Source: Rhizodiscina lignyota (taxonomy: Eukaryota). Taken from it: 64,000 nucleotides of DNA. A model generated the notes under the pieces. It was not told the DNA's origin and did not search any database. It saw nothing but the letters and a program-made list of their open reading frames with translations. The DNA lies in NCBI GenBank assembly GCA_010015805.1, contig ML978128.1, positions 682,001-746,000 of the forward strand, in the 5' to 3' direction. A program made the position numbers and the translations under genes. How positions within the stretch are numbered: position 1 is the stretch's first letter; each line of letters opens with the position of its first letter. This document shows positions 38,550-51,050 of this stretch, piece by piece.

Positions 38550-40753
38550 ATGGAGCCTCCGCAGAAACCCTCGACGTCCCTTTTCGACGTATACCTCCGT
38601 CTACGACCCTCGCACGCCGCCGACGCGGAGCGATTCCTAGATGTAGAAGAAGCAGGCCACGACTATCCCAAACATATCACTATCAAACCACCTTCGAACG
38701 ACCACCGAAAGCGTGCAGTCGAGAGATTTGCCTTCACGAGAGTATTCGAAGAAGATGCTGCACAGGTCGATATATTTAAGGGCGTAGGAGTACTCCCTCT
38801 TATTGAAGGTGTTCTTGGACAAGAAAGTCGGGAAGGCCGAGATGGTCTGCTGGCAACTTTGGGTGTAACAGGCTCTGGAAAGGTTTGAAGTGCCCAAAGC
38901 ATTGCCAGAACGAAGCTGACCCTGAACAGAGTCATACCATCCTCGGATCGAAGGCGCAGCGAGGACTGACGCAAATGGCGCTTGATGTGCTTTTCCAGTC
39001 CACCTGTAACGGCCTCATACACCCAACGGGTCTTGCATCCGTCTTTCCCTCAATCGCCGCATCTGATGTGTCAGAGGCGCAGATGTTCACTGCTGGAGCA
39101 TTCTTGGATTCTCTGTATGGTGACGGACAATCCGAGCGAGGTTTCGGTTCAAGAGCGCAAACACCAATGATGGTAGGCGAAAAGCCAATTTCATCAATCC
39201 CAACTCACCCAACTTCCATTGGGCTCTATCCAAGTCTCAGAAAGAACATTTACTACAGTCCGCCCAATTACCCTCATTCTCAGATTCCAAAACCATGCTC
39301 GAATTCAAGTCGAGTCCCACACTTCGCCCGCCCAGTTAGAACAACTGCTAAAACTACTTCTTCATATGTGAAGGAGGGCGCATCCTTCCTCAGTATAGCT
39401 TCGAAACGCAATGTCATTCCTCGTCCATCCGCTTTGCCTCAATATCCAACCGTCGACATCGATGGAATTGAAGCAGATTCGACCGCTGAGTACGCGATTG
39501 TCATCTCTATGTACGAGGTTTACAACGACCGAATCTTCGACCTACTCGGCGGATCAATGACTTCTTCGAAAGCGGCCATCCAAAAACGTCGAGCGTTACT
39601 ATTCAAATCGACCGAGCAGTCGCCCGACCGGAAAGTAGTCGCCGGCCTGAGAAAGGTAGTATGCAGCAACCTTGAAGAGGCGCTCATGGTGCTCGAAACA
39701 GGCCTCCTAGAGCGTAAAGTCGCCGGTACAGGAAGTAACGCTGTCAGTTCCAGAAGTCACGGCTTCTTCTGTGTCGAGGTCAAGAAGCGGAGGAGAGCCT
39801 ATGGAGGCTCATGGTCTACTAGTGCTCTAACGATCGTAGATCTCGCGGGGTCGGAGCGTGCTCGTAATGCGAAGACTGCAGGCGCAACACTGGCCGAAGC
39901 AGGCAAGATCAATGAGAGCTTGATGTATCTGGGACAGTGCATGCAGATGCAAAGCGACAACCAAGACGGCACCAAGAACATCGTGCCATTCCGACAGTGC
40001 AAGCTGACTGAACTGCTCTTCTCTAACTCCTTCCCATCACACAATAATCAGCATCATCACCAGCATCGGAACCCTCAGAAAGCGGTCATGATCGTGACGG
40101 CTGACCCACTCGGTGATTTCAATGCGACATCTCAGATCCTCAGATACTCTGCACTAGCCCGAGAAGTCACCGTCCCCCGAATACCATCCGTAACGAGCAC
40201 GATTCTATCAGGCGCCCTCACACAACAGAACAGGTGCCCCAGTGCCGGCGACCGCTCATCACCAACTGCCGCGCTGGAAGAATTGGAGGCAGCGGCAAAG
40301 GAGATTACAAGGCTTTCAGAAGAAATTGACATAATTTCCCTGCAGTTGACGGAAGAAACCACAAGGCGTCAAACGGCAGAGGCTTGCTGGCAAGCAGCAG
40401 AAGATCGCATGGCTTCTTTAGAACAGGAGGTTCGAGATGATTGCTATGAGGAGATGGAGCAGAGAATCGAGGCTGAGAGGAGAAGATGGAAGGGTGCTTG
40501 GGACGAAGAGGCTGACAAGAACGACGAGCATCTGGATCGCAAGATCGAGATTCTCACAAGAGGCATCCAGATACACGAAGACCCGGAACCGACTGCTGAG
40601 GAACGAGTGGCTGAGCTAGAAGGCGAGAATGAGGCACTAAAGCGGAAGTTAGAGTCGCTGGAACGAGAGCTGCTGGGCAGAAGCCCAACGAAGAAGCAAA
40701 GAGTGCTCAAGGCAAAGAAGTGGGACGTGGATGTGGGATTTGAAAGTCCATGA
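38550..40753 (+). CDS. Kinesin motor protein, kinesin-6 (Klp9-like)
   Basis: VYLRLRP, GVTGSGK(S) P-loop, MYEVYND.IFDLL, NAVSSRSH, IVDLAGSER, INESL, VPFRQCKLT; C-terminal coiled coil. Confidence 0.88.
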
Positions 40754-41214
40754 TGTGATATCATACATTTCGCATAGGCGTTACTTCCGTTTTGTATATA
40801 CCTCGTTGGATGCTGTTCAATACCACTAGAGCATTGCTCCCGACAGAGCGGGAGAGCAAGGGAGACCGTTCAAAACCATCACTTTATCTGTTAGCCTGAC
40901 TCGAGCGTGACAAACTGGCTGGCCCTGATGGACATTAAAAGGGTGCAGCATAAGTTTTGCTCTTTAGTGAAGGTGATAGCATCGTTGAGAGCTTAGTCAG
41001 GTATAGCCCAGCTCGTGTTTGTTAGGGCTATACAGCTATAATAATCCTAGTGTTACTGTAGGGACTATGCACACCAACATGTCGTATATTGCAGCCATGT
41101 GTCAACTATTCTGTCCATCTCAAGCCACGACCGGAATCCCCTTCACTAGAGGATCGCTTGGGCTGGGCAAGAGCCAGAAATTGAGGGTTCGTTCGTGAAG
41201 CATCATAATATCTC

Positions 41215-42348
41215 TCAACCTGCACCTCCCCTTCTCTTCGTCATGACATCGATCTGCTTCGCTATCAAGGCCACCTGCTGCCTCAATAGAATCAGCTCGT
41301 CGTCTTTGGGATCGTTTCTACGTGAAATCTGGTTTGCATTAGGAGGGTTGCTGGCAGTACTGTTCGCATTCGAGTTGGGGTTAGAGTGACCATTCGCGCT
41401 TGTGATCGGTAGTACGCCCGTGCCTGCACAATGATGGCACGTCCGTGTTCCAGGCGGCCTGTTCGTTGACAGAGCCGGATCTATCGCCGCAGGCTGTTGC
41501 TGAGCTCCTGGTTGTGTGAAGGTAGGTAGAGGCTGTTGATCTGGTACTCCGCGCGGTCCAAGTACACGGAAGCCACTCTCAAAGACGAACGGCCGGTCCT
41601 CGAGTTCGAGTGGAGCGTCCTCACCCGGTGCATCTAGATCTGCTCCCATGCTCTCCTGTTCGCGTGACATCCTCTCCTCCTGCCGCTGCTGAGCCATTGC
41701 AGCTTCTGCCTCGCGCAGCTTCTTCCGCATAGCTACTTGGTCTGGCCTTCCTCCTCTGCCATGGGGAAGGGGAGGCTGAACGCCCATCTGGACTAGCAGC
41801 CTATCTCTCGACTTGTGTGCCAACTTCTCCGTGATCGTCGTGCCACATCGATCCTGAATGACTTTGACAATCTCCTTCGGGTCCGTCGTCACCTGCGGCT
41901 TGAAATTGATTCTATTCAGCGAGTCGACAACCCACCGCTGCGTCGCATGTACCGCGCGCTTGCCCCTCTGCTCAATGCCCTCATGGTTCACCCAGATCTC
42001 CGGTGGATTGCAGGTGTGCTCAGCATTGACGCTCGTCACGAGCAGCAGCCCTGTGTTGCGCGCGACCGTTGCACGGACGGCCCACTGGCAGCCATCGCGG
42101 AAGTACCTACATCTGTACTGTGCCCTCGAGGTGTCCTTCTTGGAGCAGCGCGCGATGAAGCCCTCCCGCAACGACCAGGCGTTTATGGCATGGCGCAGGG
42201 ATTCGAAGTCATGGTAGGTGGCATTGACGATGGGCGCGGGCACGTCGAGATCGGGCGGGAGACCGTCGTTCTCATTGTCGCCCTCGGCGTCGTTGTCGCT
42301 GGCGTGATCGTGCTGGAGAGGTGTGGATGGTGTGGTCATGACGAGCAT
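41215..42348 (-). CDS. Protein with Mutator/MuDR-type (WRKY-fold) DNA-binding domain, no DDE core; probable domesticated transposase-derived factor
   Basis: Y.DFESLRHAINAWSLREGF..R..K.D..R..YRC....GCQWAVRA.........VTSVNAEHTC matches the MuDR N-terminal DBD pattern; C-terminal CxxCxGxG and short leucine zipper; intronless. Confidence 0.7.
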   Translation of the reverse strand: MLVMTTPSTPLQHDHASDNDAEGDNENDGLPPDLDVPAPIVNATYHDFESLRHAINAWSLREGFIARCSKKDTSRAQYRCRYFRDGCQWAVRATVARNTGLLLVTSVNAEHTCNPPEIWVNHEGIEQRGKRAVHATQRWVVDSLNRINFKPQVTTDPKEIVKVIQDRCGTTITEKLAHKSRDRLLVQMGVQPPLPHGRGGRPDQVAMRKKLREAEAAMAQQRQEERMSREQESMGADLDAPGEDAPLELEDRPFVFESGFRVLGPRGVPDQQPLPTFTQPGAQQQPAAIDPALSTNRPPGTRTCHHCAGTGVLPITSANGHSNPNSNANSTASNPPNANQISRRNDPKDDELILLRQQVALIAKQIDVMTKRRGGAG

Positions 42349-42901
42349 TCGCTGATCGGGCAGCTAAGTGCTTTTCCTTAGTGATGCTGTGGGATGCTCG
42401 TCTTCTGCCGCGTTGCGTGTGAGGTTGGGCGCGGGCATTTGAGATGTTGGGAGGGGCCGGGGAGATCACATCCGATTTACGATAGAGTTGTGGCTGTGGT
42501 GGCTGAATTCGACGCGAAGCACCTCAAAGTCCTCCGCAGGGGACAACTTTGGACGAAGGAGACTCAGCAACAACGTAGTATTTTCTGATCAAAGCTGGAT
42601 AGAAAAATCCCGTATGGGTAAGGTATAGAAGAAACATTATAATTAGAACTGACGGCCCGGAGAGTTGAATCGAGAAGAAGTGGCGGTAAGCTCCAGGTCC
42701 ACGGAGGAAATGGAATTTGGTGGGGTCACTCTCTGAGCGATCGGTTTGTCATGGAAAGGACGGCAACAATCAGCCTCCTATCAGCAATTCCTATCACCGA
42801 GACCGAGGTGTTATTTGTGTAACGTGAGTCGAGATGCACATTGAGAATCTCAGTCAATTGAGCATACTGTACGTTCGCATGGGTGATATTCCATTGCCAG
42901 C

Positions 42902-43907
42902 ATGACAGTTCAACATCAGATCCCAACTATTGACCTCAGCGACTACCTTACTAAAGACTCGTCTCCAGAAGCAAGAGCTAGGATTATCGAAGAAGTTAAA
43001 GACGCTTGTTCACGATATGGCTTCATCCAGATCAAAGGGCACGGCGTCCCTGTCGACCTTCAGCGCAAGATAATTGGATGCTGTAAGACACTTTTCGATT
43101 TACCACAGGCTGAGAAAGACGCGCTGTCGTTGAAGAAAAATGTCTCTCGACGAGGCTATGAAAGAATAGGTGACCAAACATTGGATTCTAAAGCCCTACC
43201 TGATCAGAAGGAGGTATATTCACACATTGAAGTAATATTTCTATCAGCTAATGGAGCCGCAGGGCTTCTACATTGGCAGAGAGATTCCGCCGAACGATAT
43301 CAGCTTCCTCCGAGGTCCAAATCAGTGGCCAGAACTCCCTGAAGAGAATTTCCATGGTCCCATAACCGAGTACTACAAGCACATGCTCAGCCTCTGCAAC
43401 GGCCTTATGGAGATTCTAGTCATTGGCCTTGGCCACAACCCGGCCGTCCTGGGAACGTTCATGAGGGAGCCGGTGTGCAATCTTAAATTGCTTCATTACC
43501 CTCCGCATAATTCGACCGACGAGCGGCTATTCGGAGCAGGCGCGCATACTGACTTCGGAGGCATTACCATTTTGCTTCAGCAACCTGGTAAGAACGGCCT
43601 TCAAGTCTACTACGAACCGACCGGAGAGTGGCTGCCAGTACCGGCCGTCGAAGACGTCTTTGTTGTCAATCTTGGCGACCTAGTGCATAAGTGGACTGAT
43701 GGGACATATCGGAGTACCGTTCATCGAGTAATCAATGCCGCGGGTGGCGATCGGTATAGTGTCCCGTGCTTTTTCCATGGCGATGTGAAAGCGACAAACC
43801 CATTCAAGCCTGGAGATGGCAATAGTGAGACCGTCGAGGAACATATTCGGAACAAATTCGACCAGAGTTACGGCACCGATTCTCGTCAAGTCGCCGCGAC
43901 CGCCTAG
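42902..43907 (+). CDS. 2-oxoglutarate/Fe(II) dioxygenase (IPNS/DIOX_N family), 2 exons
   Basis: IPTIDLS, ACSRYGFIQIKGHGV, RGYE, GPNQWP, LLHYP, HTDFG, NLGD, HRV, RYS. Confidence 0.93.
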
Positions 43908-44145
43908 CTTAAGGAAACCATATACGCACGATAAGCAGTTCAACAAAAATAACAAGCCAAAATGCAAATGAAATTTCACTGCTCTAGCCGCTATGGTGGC
44001 CGTGGATGATCAATCGACGCATTGGGTCGTCTGCCTATGCAATTTGAAGCCCGTCTACTGTAGCAGCTGTCAAAGCAGCGGTCAGAAAACCAAGCCCTTA
44101 TCCCTCTATGTTTTATGTGCTCGTAACATCATAAAGTCCCGCTCG

Positions 44146-45593
44146 CTACGATCTGGAACCCATTCGTGACAACCCATCAAAACTGTTTCGCCTTCCCCAG
44201 TTTGGTGGTTGCCGCTTAAGGAATGCACCAACTGCCCCTAAATAACCTTCATGTCGCAGGAAATACGCCTGTTTCTCGCCTTTCGACCAGAAATCGATAG
44301 CGTATGATAATGTGTTCATTGTTTGCCGGTGGCCTCCAATGAACGACCCTCCAAAGTAGATGTGCTCCAGGTTGTGCCTTTGCGCATGTAGATATGCAAT
44401 CTGCCCAATGTTGTTACTGACAGCATAGAGCAGGCTTCGGCTGATGTCTTCAGCTCGGAATGCTGTCCCGCTGCTTCCTCTATCGCCATTTGACAGCCCT
44501 CCATGGTCTTCAGCTTCCCGTTCGGCCTGACGTTTCATTCGGTAGACCTTCCCGAAACTGCTGGCGATCGCTGTGCTCTTGAGACCGATTTTGTTGTAGT
44601 CCATGCCGTAGATGTCGCCTACAAGCATATCCACCGCTGTGTTGTCGCCATTCTCTGCTGTTTTCAGCATCTCTTCAAAGCTTCGTGCGCCTGTTAGAAG
44701 TGAAAGTAGACCCCAAAGCGTACCACCTCCTAATGATGTACCGCCAACACGTTGGAATTGCCGCGGCCCAGAGACTTTGATCATGGATACACCGGATCCG
44801 ATGTTGACAAGCAAGTACGGGTAGATATTTTCCCGCTTGTCAACGAATTGCATTGGATCAGATTCGCTGTATGTGAAAACCTCGTTTGGAATTTCACTGA
44901 TGAAGAAATCGAGACCTGTTGCCACAATGAGAACCCAGAGCTAGTACACAAACCAGGCATCTTACCTATTATGAGGCACTCCATTTCATCCTCGCGCAAG
45001 ACTTCTACGCCTAGCGCCTCTTTGATCTTCTCGTAGTATTTGAATGCGCCTCCTCCCGTCGCCATCACACATAACTGCTCTTTTGGGTTGAGACCATTTT
45101 GCTGCTGATGTTCCAGTTTCAAGCGGCGCATGAAATCTATACACGTCTCTATCTTGTCGGTCTCGAATTTCTGGAAATGGAGCCGGCCGCCGAGTTCTAT
45201 TGACTTGGGTTCGTGTGAGAAGTAGACGAGTTTCGCAAGGGAGCCGCCAATCTGCTCGAGGGTACATTGTTAGTACAGAGAACTTGCATTACACAAAGAG
45301 AAATTCGTCTGACGTACGTCTACAGCGATGTGACTGACTATGGCGCGGTGATTTGGTAGTCGAATATCTTGTGTCTGTTGGAGGTATTCTTCAGGCGCCG
45401 CTCCGGGACTCCCATTTGGCGTTTGAGGAGTATCGTCAGCGATAAATGCGCCTTGTACGTTGATTATAACGGATCCAGGATGAGCAATTGGGTCTCTAGA
45501 ATCGCTCCTCTTCTTGTTCGGTGTCTCGACATCTATCTCCCAAGGCGCATTCCTCGACCGCTCGTCAACCTCAAGGCCAGCATTCGAGGCCAT
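44146..45593 (-). CDS. CAB1: Type II pantothenate kinase, 3 exons
   Basis: IAVD|IGGSLAKLVYF, ATGGGAFKY, DEMECLI, YPYLLVNIGSGVS, GGTSLGGGT, HEGYLGAVGA. Confidence 0.95.
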
Positions 45594-46221
45594 TCTCGGC
45601 AGCAGCAGCGTCTCGTGACACTGAGCTTATTATCTTGTCGTAAGCGCAGGGTGAGTTTCAATTCAGGGCACGCGCATCTCTTCGATTTGTGATATCACAG
45701 CTGGCCTCGGAACTTGCGAGCTATAATCGATGGAGGGGTCCGTTCGCCCGGTCGCGTGCAAAGTGCTTCAGCGCTGAGAAATTTGATATTTGCGAGAGGT
45801 TTGTGATGAATAGTGCTTGCCCTCAGCTGTTCTATTAGCTGCCGCGTTTTTCCCATCATGGCGGCACTGGCAGTGTCGTATCGCGTGAGGCTCTGCATGA
45901 ACGACACTAAAGCATGAAGCGAAGGTAACCGACGACGCCGAGGATGATGCTCCACAATGGCCGACGTTGGGAAGGATTCTCCGAATAAAAATACAAACTC
46001 GGAGAAGCCGAGACTGTAGGAAATTTGGAGGTTTACTAATATTACAACATCTTCATTTATCTGAGCTGCTTCGTGCTTGCTAAGGTATCATGAGTCTGGA
46101 GGTCTCCACGCCGGGAGAGTACGACGCTGCTAATGCAAGGCTGCCCCAGACTCCATCAAATGCATTCGTGTCATGAACGATCATATTATCTACAATGTCT
46201 ACTCGTCCTTTAAATCTAGCC

Positions 46222-47781
46222 TTAGAGCGTGATTCCGGTGTGGCCTGGGGCATCCAGCACCTTCTTTGCGACCTTGTCATAGTTGCGGATCTTCCTCTGC
46301 CTGTGGTTCTGCGCCACGCGCCATCGTGCATACAGGATGATCGCATCTTTCAGAGCAACGAAGAGACATCCTCCAACCACCGTCCTTCCCCATCGAGTTT
46401 GAAGCAGGCCTGTAGGCTTTCCACTTTGTCCAGGCACAAACCTCGTCAATGAGCGCGGGAGGGCAAGCTTCAGCAATCCTCCCATCGCAGCCGCGATTCC
46501 TGGGAAGGCAAGCGCTCCTAGGACAGTGTCGAGGATACCAGAGAGTGCAATATCCCATCGTCGGGCCTCACGGTGACGGACAGGTCTGTCAGCTGGTGCA
46601 GCATTGCCATCCTGCAATGGCGGCGCATCTTCTCCAGGAGCATCCATCTGCGGAGGGATCTGTGGTTGCTGTTGCTCTCCTTGTCTCTGCTCTTGCTCCC
46701 GTTGGTGTTCTTCGTGCACCTCCTCATTCTCCTCCCACTCTTCGACAATGTCAACGTCAATCTCCAGCACATCCCCATCTTCCTCCAACTCGACATCTCC
46801 TCCATCAGCATCGTTATCTGGTCGTGTACTTCGTGGGAGAACTTCCTTCAGCCACTGCTTCTCCCACTTGCCCCATACCAGGTCGAGATAGGCATTGTAC
46901 GCACTTCTGACATATGGCAGCAGTGCAAATGTCATGGTAGCGCTTGGCGGCCAGGTCGTCGGGAGTAGGTCCTCTGAGGGCGCTGAGGTGGCAAAGAAAA
47001 GTACCGGTATGATCGGCAGAAGGCTATCTGCCAGCGAGCCTCCAGTCCTCGATAGGATCAACACGCTAGGGATAAGAGGGATGCCGAGATGCAATCGCCA
47101 ATGTTCGCGGAGATGACTTAGTACGGATCGCGTCGTCACTACCTCCGTTAGTGGCTGAAGTATTCGTTTCGCGTCTGCTTCTCCAAAGACGGCAATTATT
47201 GACATCGCGCCATGCACATATGAGGCACTATGAATCGTTTCCAGAAGTAGAACGCCTCCCCAAGGCAGGACGAGGTCTCCAACCACATCGTTGACCTTGC
47301 GTACTGCCTCCACTATGAGGCTCTGCGGCTGAGAAACATATATCCTTGATTTGCATTGTGGACATCTGACCTCCCGTGAAGAACCAGCTCTTTGCCTCGA
47401 ATTTGGCGCTTGCATGTCGGCTATCCAATCCAACAGGCATTCCTCGTGTGCCACCAGTGCGCAGGGACAAGGTGATCTCCATTCTGATGACATGGGTGTA
47501 TCTTCTGTCTCGTCGCTGAAACATATCCAGCATTTACGCACGTCTTCTTCGTTTATTTGTCGATTTGATACTGCCGAGGCTTCGGCCTCGTGGTGTACTT
47601 CCTCGTCCGCAACCGGTTCGGTAGACTTCTCTCCCGCTCGGTCAAGTATAAGCTTCTCAAATCCATCAGAAGTTTCGGAGATTGCCTCGCTATTTGTTCT
47701 CGGGAGTTGCGCTTGGGAAGATTCTGCTTCGGGTGGAGAGCTTCGCCTCTGACTGGCGTGTCGCGGAGGGATAGAGGCCAT
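46222..47781 (-). CDS. RING-CH (RINGv) membrane E3 ligase, MARCH5/MITOL-like
   Basis: CWIC...W.SPCPC.LVAHEECLLDW...CPQC C4HC3 motif, hydrophobic segments, GGCLFVALKD..Y...RKIRNY C-terminus. Confidence 0.85.
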   Translation of the reverse strand: MASIPPRHASQRRSSPPEAESSQAQLPRTNSEAISETSDGFEKLILDRAGEKSTEPVADEEVHHEAEASAVSNRQINEEDVRKCWICFSDETEDTPMSSEWRSPCPCALVAHEECLLDWIADMQAPNSRQRAGSSREVRCPQCKSRIYVSQPQSLIVEAVRKVNDVVGDLVLPWGGVLLLETIHSASYVHGAMSIIAVFGEADAKRILQPLTEVVTTRSVLSHLREHWRLHLGIPLIPSVLILSRTGGSLADSLLPIIPVLFFATSAPSEDLLPTTWPPSATMTFALLPYVRSAYNAYLDLVWGKWEKQWLKEVLPRSTRPDNDADGGDVELEEDGDVLEIDVDIVEEWEENEEVHEEHQREQEQRQGEQQQPQIPPQMDAPGEDAPPLQDGNAAPADRPVRHREARRWDIALSGILDTVLGALAFPGIAAAMGGLLKLALPRSLTRFVPGQSGKPTGLLQTRWGRTVVGGCLFVALKDAIILYARWRVAQNHRQRKIRNYDKVAKKVLDAPGHTGITL

Positions 47782-48166
47782 GACGACGACGGCGGAAAGG
47801 AAGGAGGTAGGAGGACTGCAGAGAAGGATTTGATATTCAGCGGATCGAATAGAAACTCATCGGAGCATAGAAGTCATCGTTATTAAGTTTGTGAAGGCCG
47901 CTTATTGTTGGATAAGAGGGTGGATAGATGCGCAAGGCAGCTCGGCAAGAGGCGTTGGTGTTGACGTCGTTTGCCTGCACCACACGCGGCACTGGAATCC
48001 CTGACGCGACTCTTCACTTTCACTTCACAACGCGCATTGGGCTTTCTGGGTACTTGATGCAAAACAACCAAGAGCTACGTCGCGATACTTATGTAATGAT
48101 GATATTCATCAATTGTTACTAAGTTCAATGAATTACCACCAGTCATAGGCAATTAAGCACTCAGAA

Positions 48167-50692
48167 ATGGCGAAGGATGCTAGTCCGCGCCGGTCTGGTC
48201 GCCAGCGCACAGCTAACCCCAAGTATATTGGGACAGTGAGCAGTATCTCATTCGTCTCCGACGAGAGTGACGCCGACGAAGATGTGGTCGCCAGAATTCA
48301 AGAGAAAGAGAACGAGGATGACAATTTCGAGATTGGAGAGGAGCAGGAAGAGGAAGACGACGAAGCTGTGTCTGGCGAAGAGGAGGATATAGTCGGATCC
48401 GCAGATGAAGATGAAGAATCTGCAGATGAAGATGAAGAGTCCATAGTCGGCCTAGATGAATCAGAGGATGACACCAGCGTCGGATCTGATTCGGATACAG
48501 CACAACACCTCAAGAGGTCAACAATATCTAAGCTTGGTTTGAGTGCTGAGAACAGCAACCTCTTACCTTCATTTGACCATAGGATCAAGGCGCCCCAGGT
48601 AGGCGCTCGACAATATAGACGCGGCATCCGAGACCTGTCAGGAAAAACCGAGCGATCAAAACGATTCAGGCATACCTGGGGAACCGCCGACGAGGATCTC
48701 ATTCCTCACATAAAAGGTCGCGACAAATGGAGACATACTGTAACTTTGCCTTCTCGAGAAGTAAGGGGAGAATTTGGTGGAATGGCCGAAAGTTTCTATC
48801 ACACCCCAGAGATGCGAAACAGAGAGATGACCGAAGGCTGGAAGTGGTACGACGAAGACGGAGGCCGAGAGAAGTTCACAACGGAACAAAGAACACGATC
48901 GATATCCATTACGGATGCAAGTGCATATCTTCCCCAACTGAGCAATGACCCGCAAAGCTTCATTATGGGCCCAAACAATCAACAACACCTCTTCAGTCTG
49001 GATATCGCCTGTACAATGAACATTTCGGATGCTTGGGATGCTGCTAGCCCGACACCCTCGACTCCTCGAGATAAGAAGGCGAGAAAATCCGGGTCACGCA
49101 AAGGCTGGATTTTGAATGCTGGAGCAAAGATCCAATGCCTTGAATGGGTGACCAACCAGCATGGTCCTCACCAGTATCTGAGTGTCTCCGTTCTCTATCA
49201 GATTCCCCATTCCAGAAAAGACCCCTCTGCTGAGCGATTTCAGAGTGATACTGCTCCAGCCTTTGCCGCTGCCGAACCTTACCCAGCTTCGATGCAAATA
49301 TGGCGTATCCAGGCCTCTGATCAGCGAGGCAGCGAAGACATGATGGACATGAATTGCCCTCCAGAGCTTGACACTGTTCTATGCTTTGACTGGGGTGACG
49401 TGAGGCAGTTCAAATGGTGTCCTGCACCACGTGAGAATGTCCATCCGCCCGACCAACGTCACCTGGGCTTGCTTGCATCAGTATGGTTTGATGGATGCGT
49501 GAGGGTTCTGGACGTCAAACTCCCTCCTGGCGGAACAGAACCTCGGTGCTTTCACATTTCCAATTCTGCATTTACCTCTACCATTCCAGATACAATACCG
49601 ACCTGCTTGTGCTGGCTTTCGACAATGTCAATTGCCGTTGGCTGTGCGAATGGGACCGTTGCCATCTTTCATCTTCCATCGACCCTCAACTCTCAAGACT
49701 CTGCTACACCGCGACCTTCCTTCTACGCATGCCTTCACACATCTTATATCAACAACATTGTTTCCGGCTATCCCTCTCGCCCTCACATCATCAGTACCAC
49801 AAGTCTGGATGGCTGGTTGCGTATCACCGATCTTCGATCACCTGACGTGGACTTTATCGTCTCTGCACGGCTGAAATCTGGCCTGCAGGTTCTGGTGTGG
49901 CACGACTTGTCGCAGTACGTATTGGTACCAGACGACACGGCGGTATTTCGCAGCTATGCGATCCGCCGCGCATATGGAACCGAACAGTCGGTGCGAATGA
50001 GCGCTATGCCTGTGTCAGTCGCATCAAGCCCGGTCCATCCTTGTATAATGGTCGGACTGCAAGATGGCAATGTTGTCTGCTTTAATCCATTCCTCCGAGC
50101 CTTGAATGTCAAGGGCGACCTCTGGAAACAAGTTTGGTTTGAGTGGACTTGGAGGCGAGGCGTGAAACAAGACAGCAATCGCACAGCTCAATCAACTCCC
50201 GAGGAAGGGCCAGCCAACGGCGAAACTGCGACCGAGGAGAATGAACAGAATGACCAAGCCGAGGTAAATAGAATAGGCTCATCAACACACACAGCGGAGC
50301 CCTCGGCAGAAGGCAACGCAATGGATGTGGACTCGCCTCAGACAAACAAACAGCAGAGCACTCCGAAGCCCGCATCGCAAACACAAATGTCTCCAGCACA
50401 GAAAGCACTGCTGGAACAGCCATTGGGCCGATTTATGGAAGGACATAAGCTCGAACGGGTCGCCGGAAAAAACCCCGAAGGTATCGAAAACACTCGTCAA
50501 TACCACACCATCTACGAAGAAGCAACAGCCATCTGTGGGGTTGCGTGGAATCCGAATCTGAAGTATGGTGGATGGGCAGCAGCAGGAACTGGTACCGGAC
50601 TGGTTAGAGTTGAGGATATTGCAATTGATCGAGATTATGTGTGGAGCGATAAAGGTCCGCGAGGTAGACCTGGAACCTTCAACACCTGTTGA
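48167..50692 (+). CDS. TFC6: Transcription factor IIIC subunit Tfc6/Sfc6 (WD40-like)
   Basis: Acidic N-terminus; GWILNAGAKIQCLEW, HQYLSV, QFKWCP, LGLLA.VW.DG, IAVGCANG, STTSLDG, VAWNPN...GWAAAG...GLVRVEDI. Confidence 0.75.
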   Translation: MAKDASPRRSGRQRTANPKYIGTVSSISFVSDESDADEDVVARIQEKENEDDNFEIGEEQEEEDDEAVSGEEEDIVGSADEDEESADEDEESIVGLDESEDDTSVGSDSDTAQHLKRSTISKLGLSAENSNLLPSFDHRIKAPQVGARQYRRGIRDLSGKTERSKRFRHTWGTADEDLIPHIKGRDKWRHTVTLPSREVRGEFGGMAESFYHTPEMRNREMTEGWKWYDEDGGREKFTTEQRTRSISITDASAYLPQLSNDPQSFIMGPNNQQHLFSLDIACTMNISDAWDAASPTPSTPRDKKARKSGSRKGWILNAGAKIQCLEWVTNQHGPHQYLSVSVLYQIPHSRKDPSAERFQSDTAPAFAAAEPYPASMQIWRIQASDQRGSEDMMDMNCPPELDTVLCFDWGDVRQFKWCPAPRENVHPPDQRHLGLLASVWFDGCVRVLDVKLPPGGTEPRCFHISNSAFTSTIPDTIPTCLCWLSTMSIAVGCANGTVAIFHLPSTLNSQDSATPRPSFYACLHTSYINNIVSGYPSRPHIISTTSLDGWLRITDLRSPDVDFIVSARLKSGLQVLVWHDLSQYVLVPDDTAVFRSYAIRRAYGTEQSVRMSAMPVSVASSPVHPCIMVGLQDGNVVCFNPFLRALNVKGDLWKQVWFEWTWRRGVKQDSNRTAQSTPEEGPANGETATEENEQNDQAEVNRIGSSTHTAEPSAEGNAMDVDSPQTNKQQSTPKPASQTQMSPAQKALLEQPLGRFMEGHKLERVAGKNPEGIENTRQYHTIYEEATAICGVAWNPNLKYGGWAAAGTGTGLVRVEDIAIDRDYVWSDKGPRGRPGTFNTC

Positions 50693-51050
50693 TGGTGCAG
50701 CTCGAACATGATCACTGGAGGACTGCCAATTAGCGCCAGTCATGGCATGCATAAAGCAGCCTGCAAACAATCTCCACAGAACTTAAATTTCAAAATGATT
50801 GTTCACGCTATTTTGCTCCGTCTTTGCTCGCCACTCTTCAATCTTTAGCCTTTATTAACTGCAGACCAAACGGCCCTTAGCCGACCCTGCATCGACCCCA
50901 GAGCTGCCTCTCCAGACCAAGCAGTATACCTTGCAGCACAAAATGCCGCCACCTGTGCATTAATCCCGGCAATTTCACGTTCTGGACTTTGGTCAAAGCT
51001 GTTCCGCTCAATCGGCACTGTTGATAAGTAATCATCACTTCCTCTTTCCT

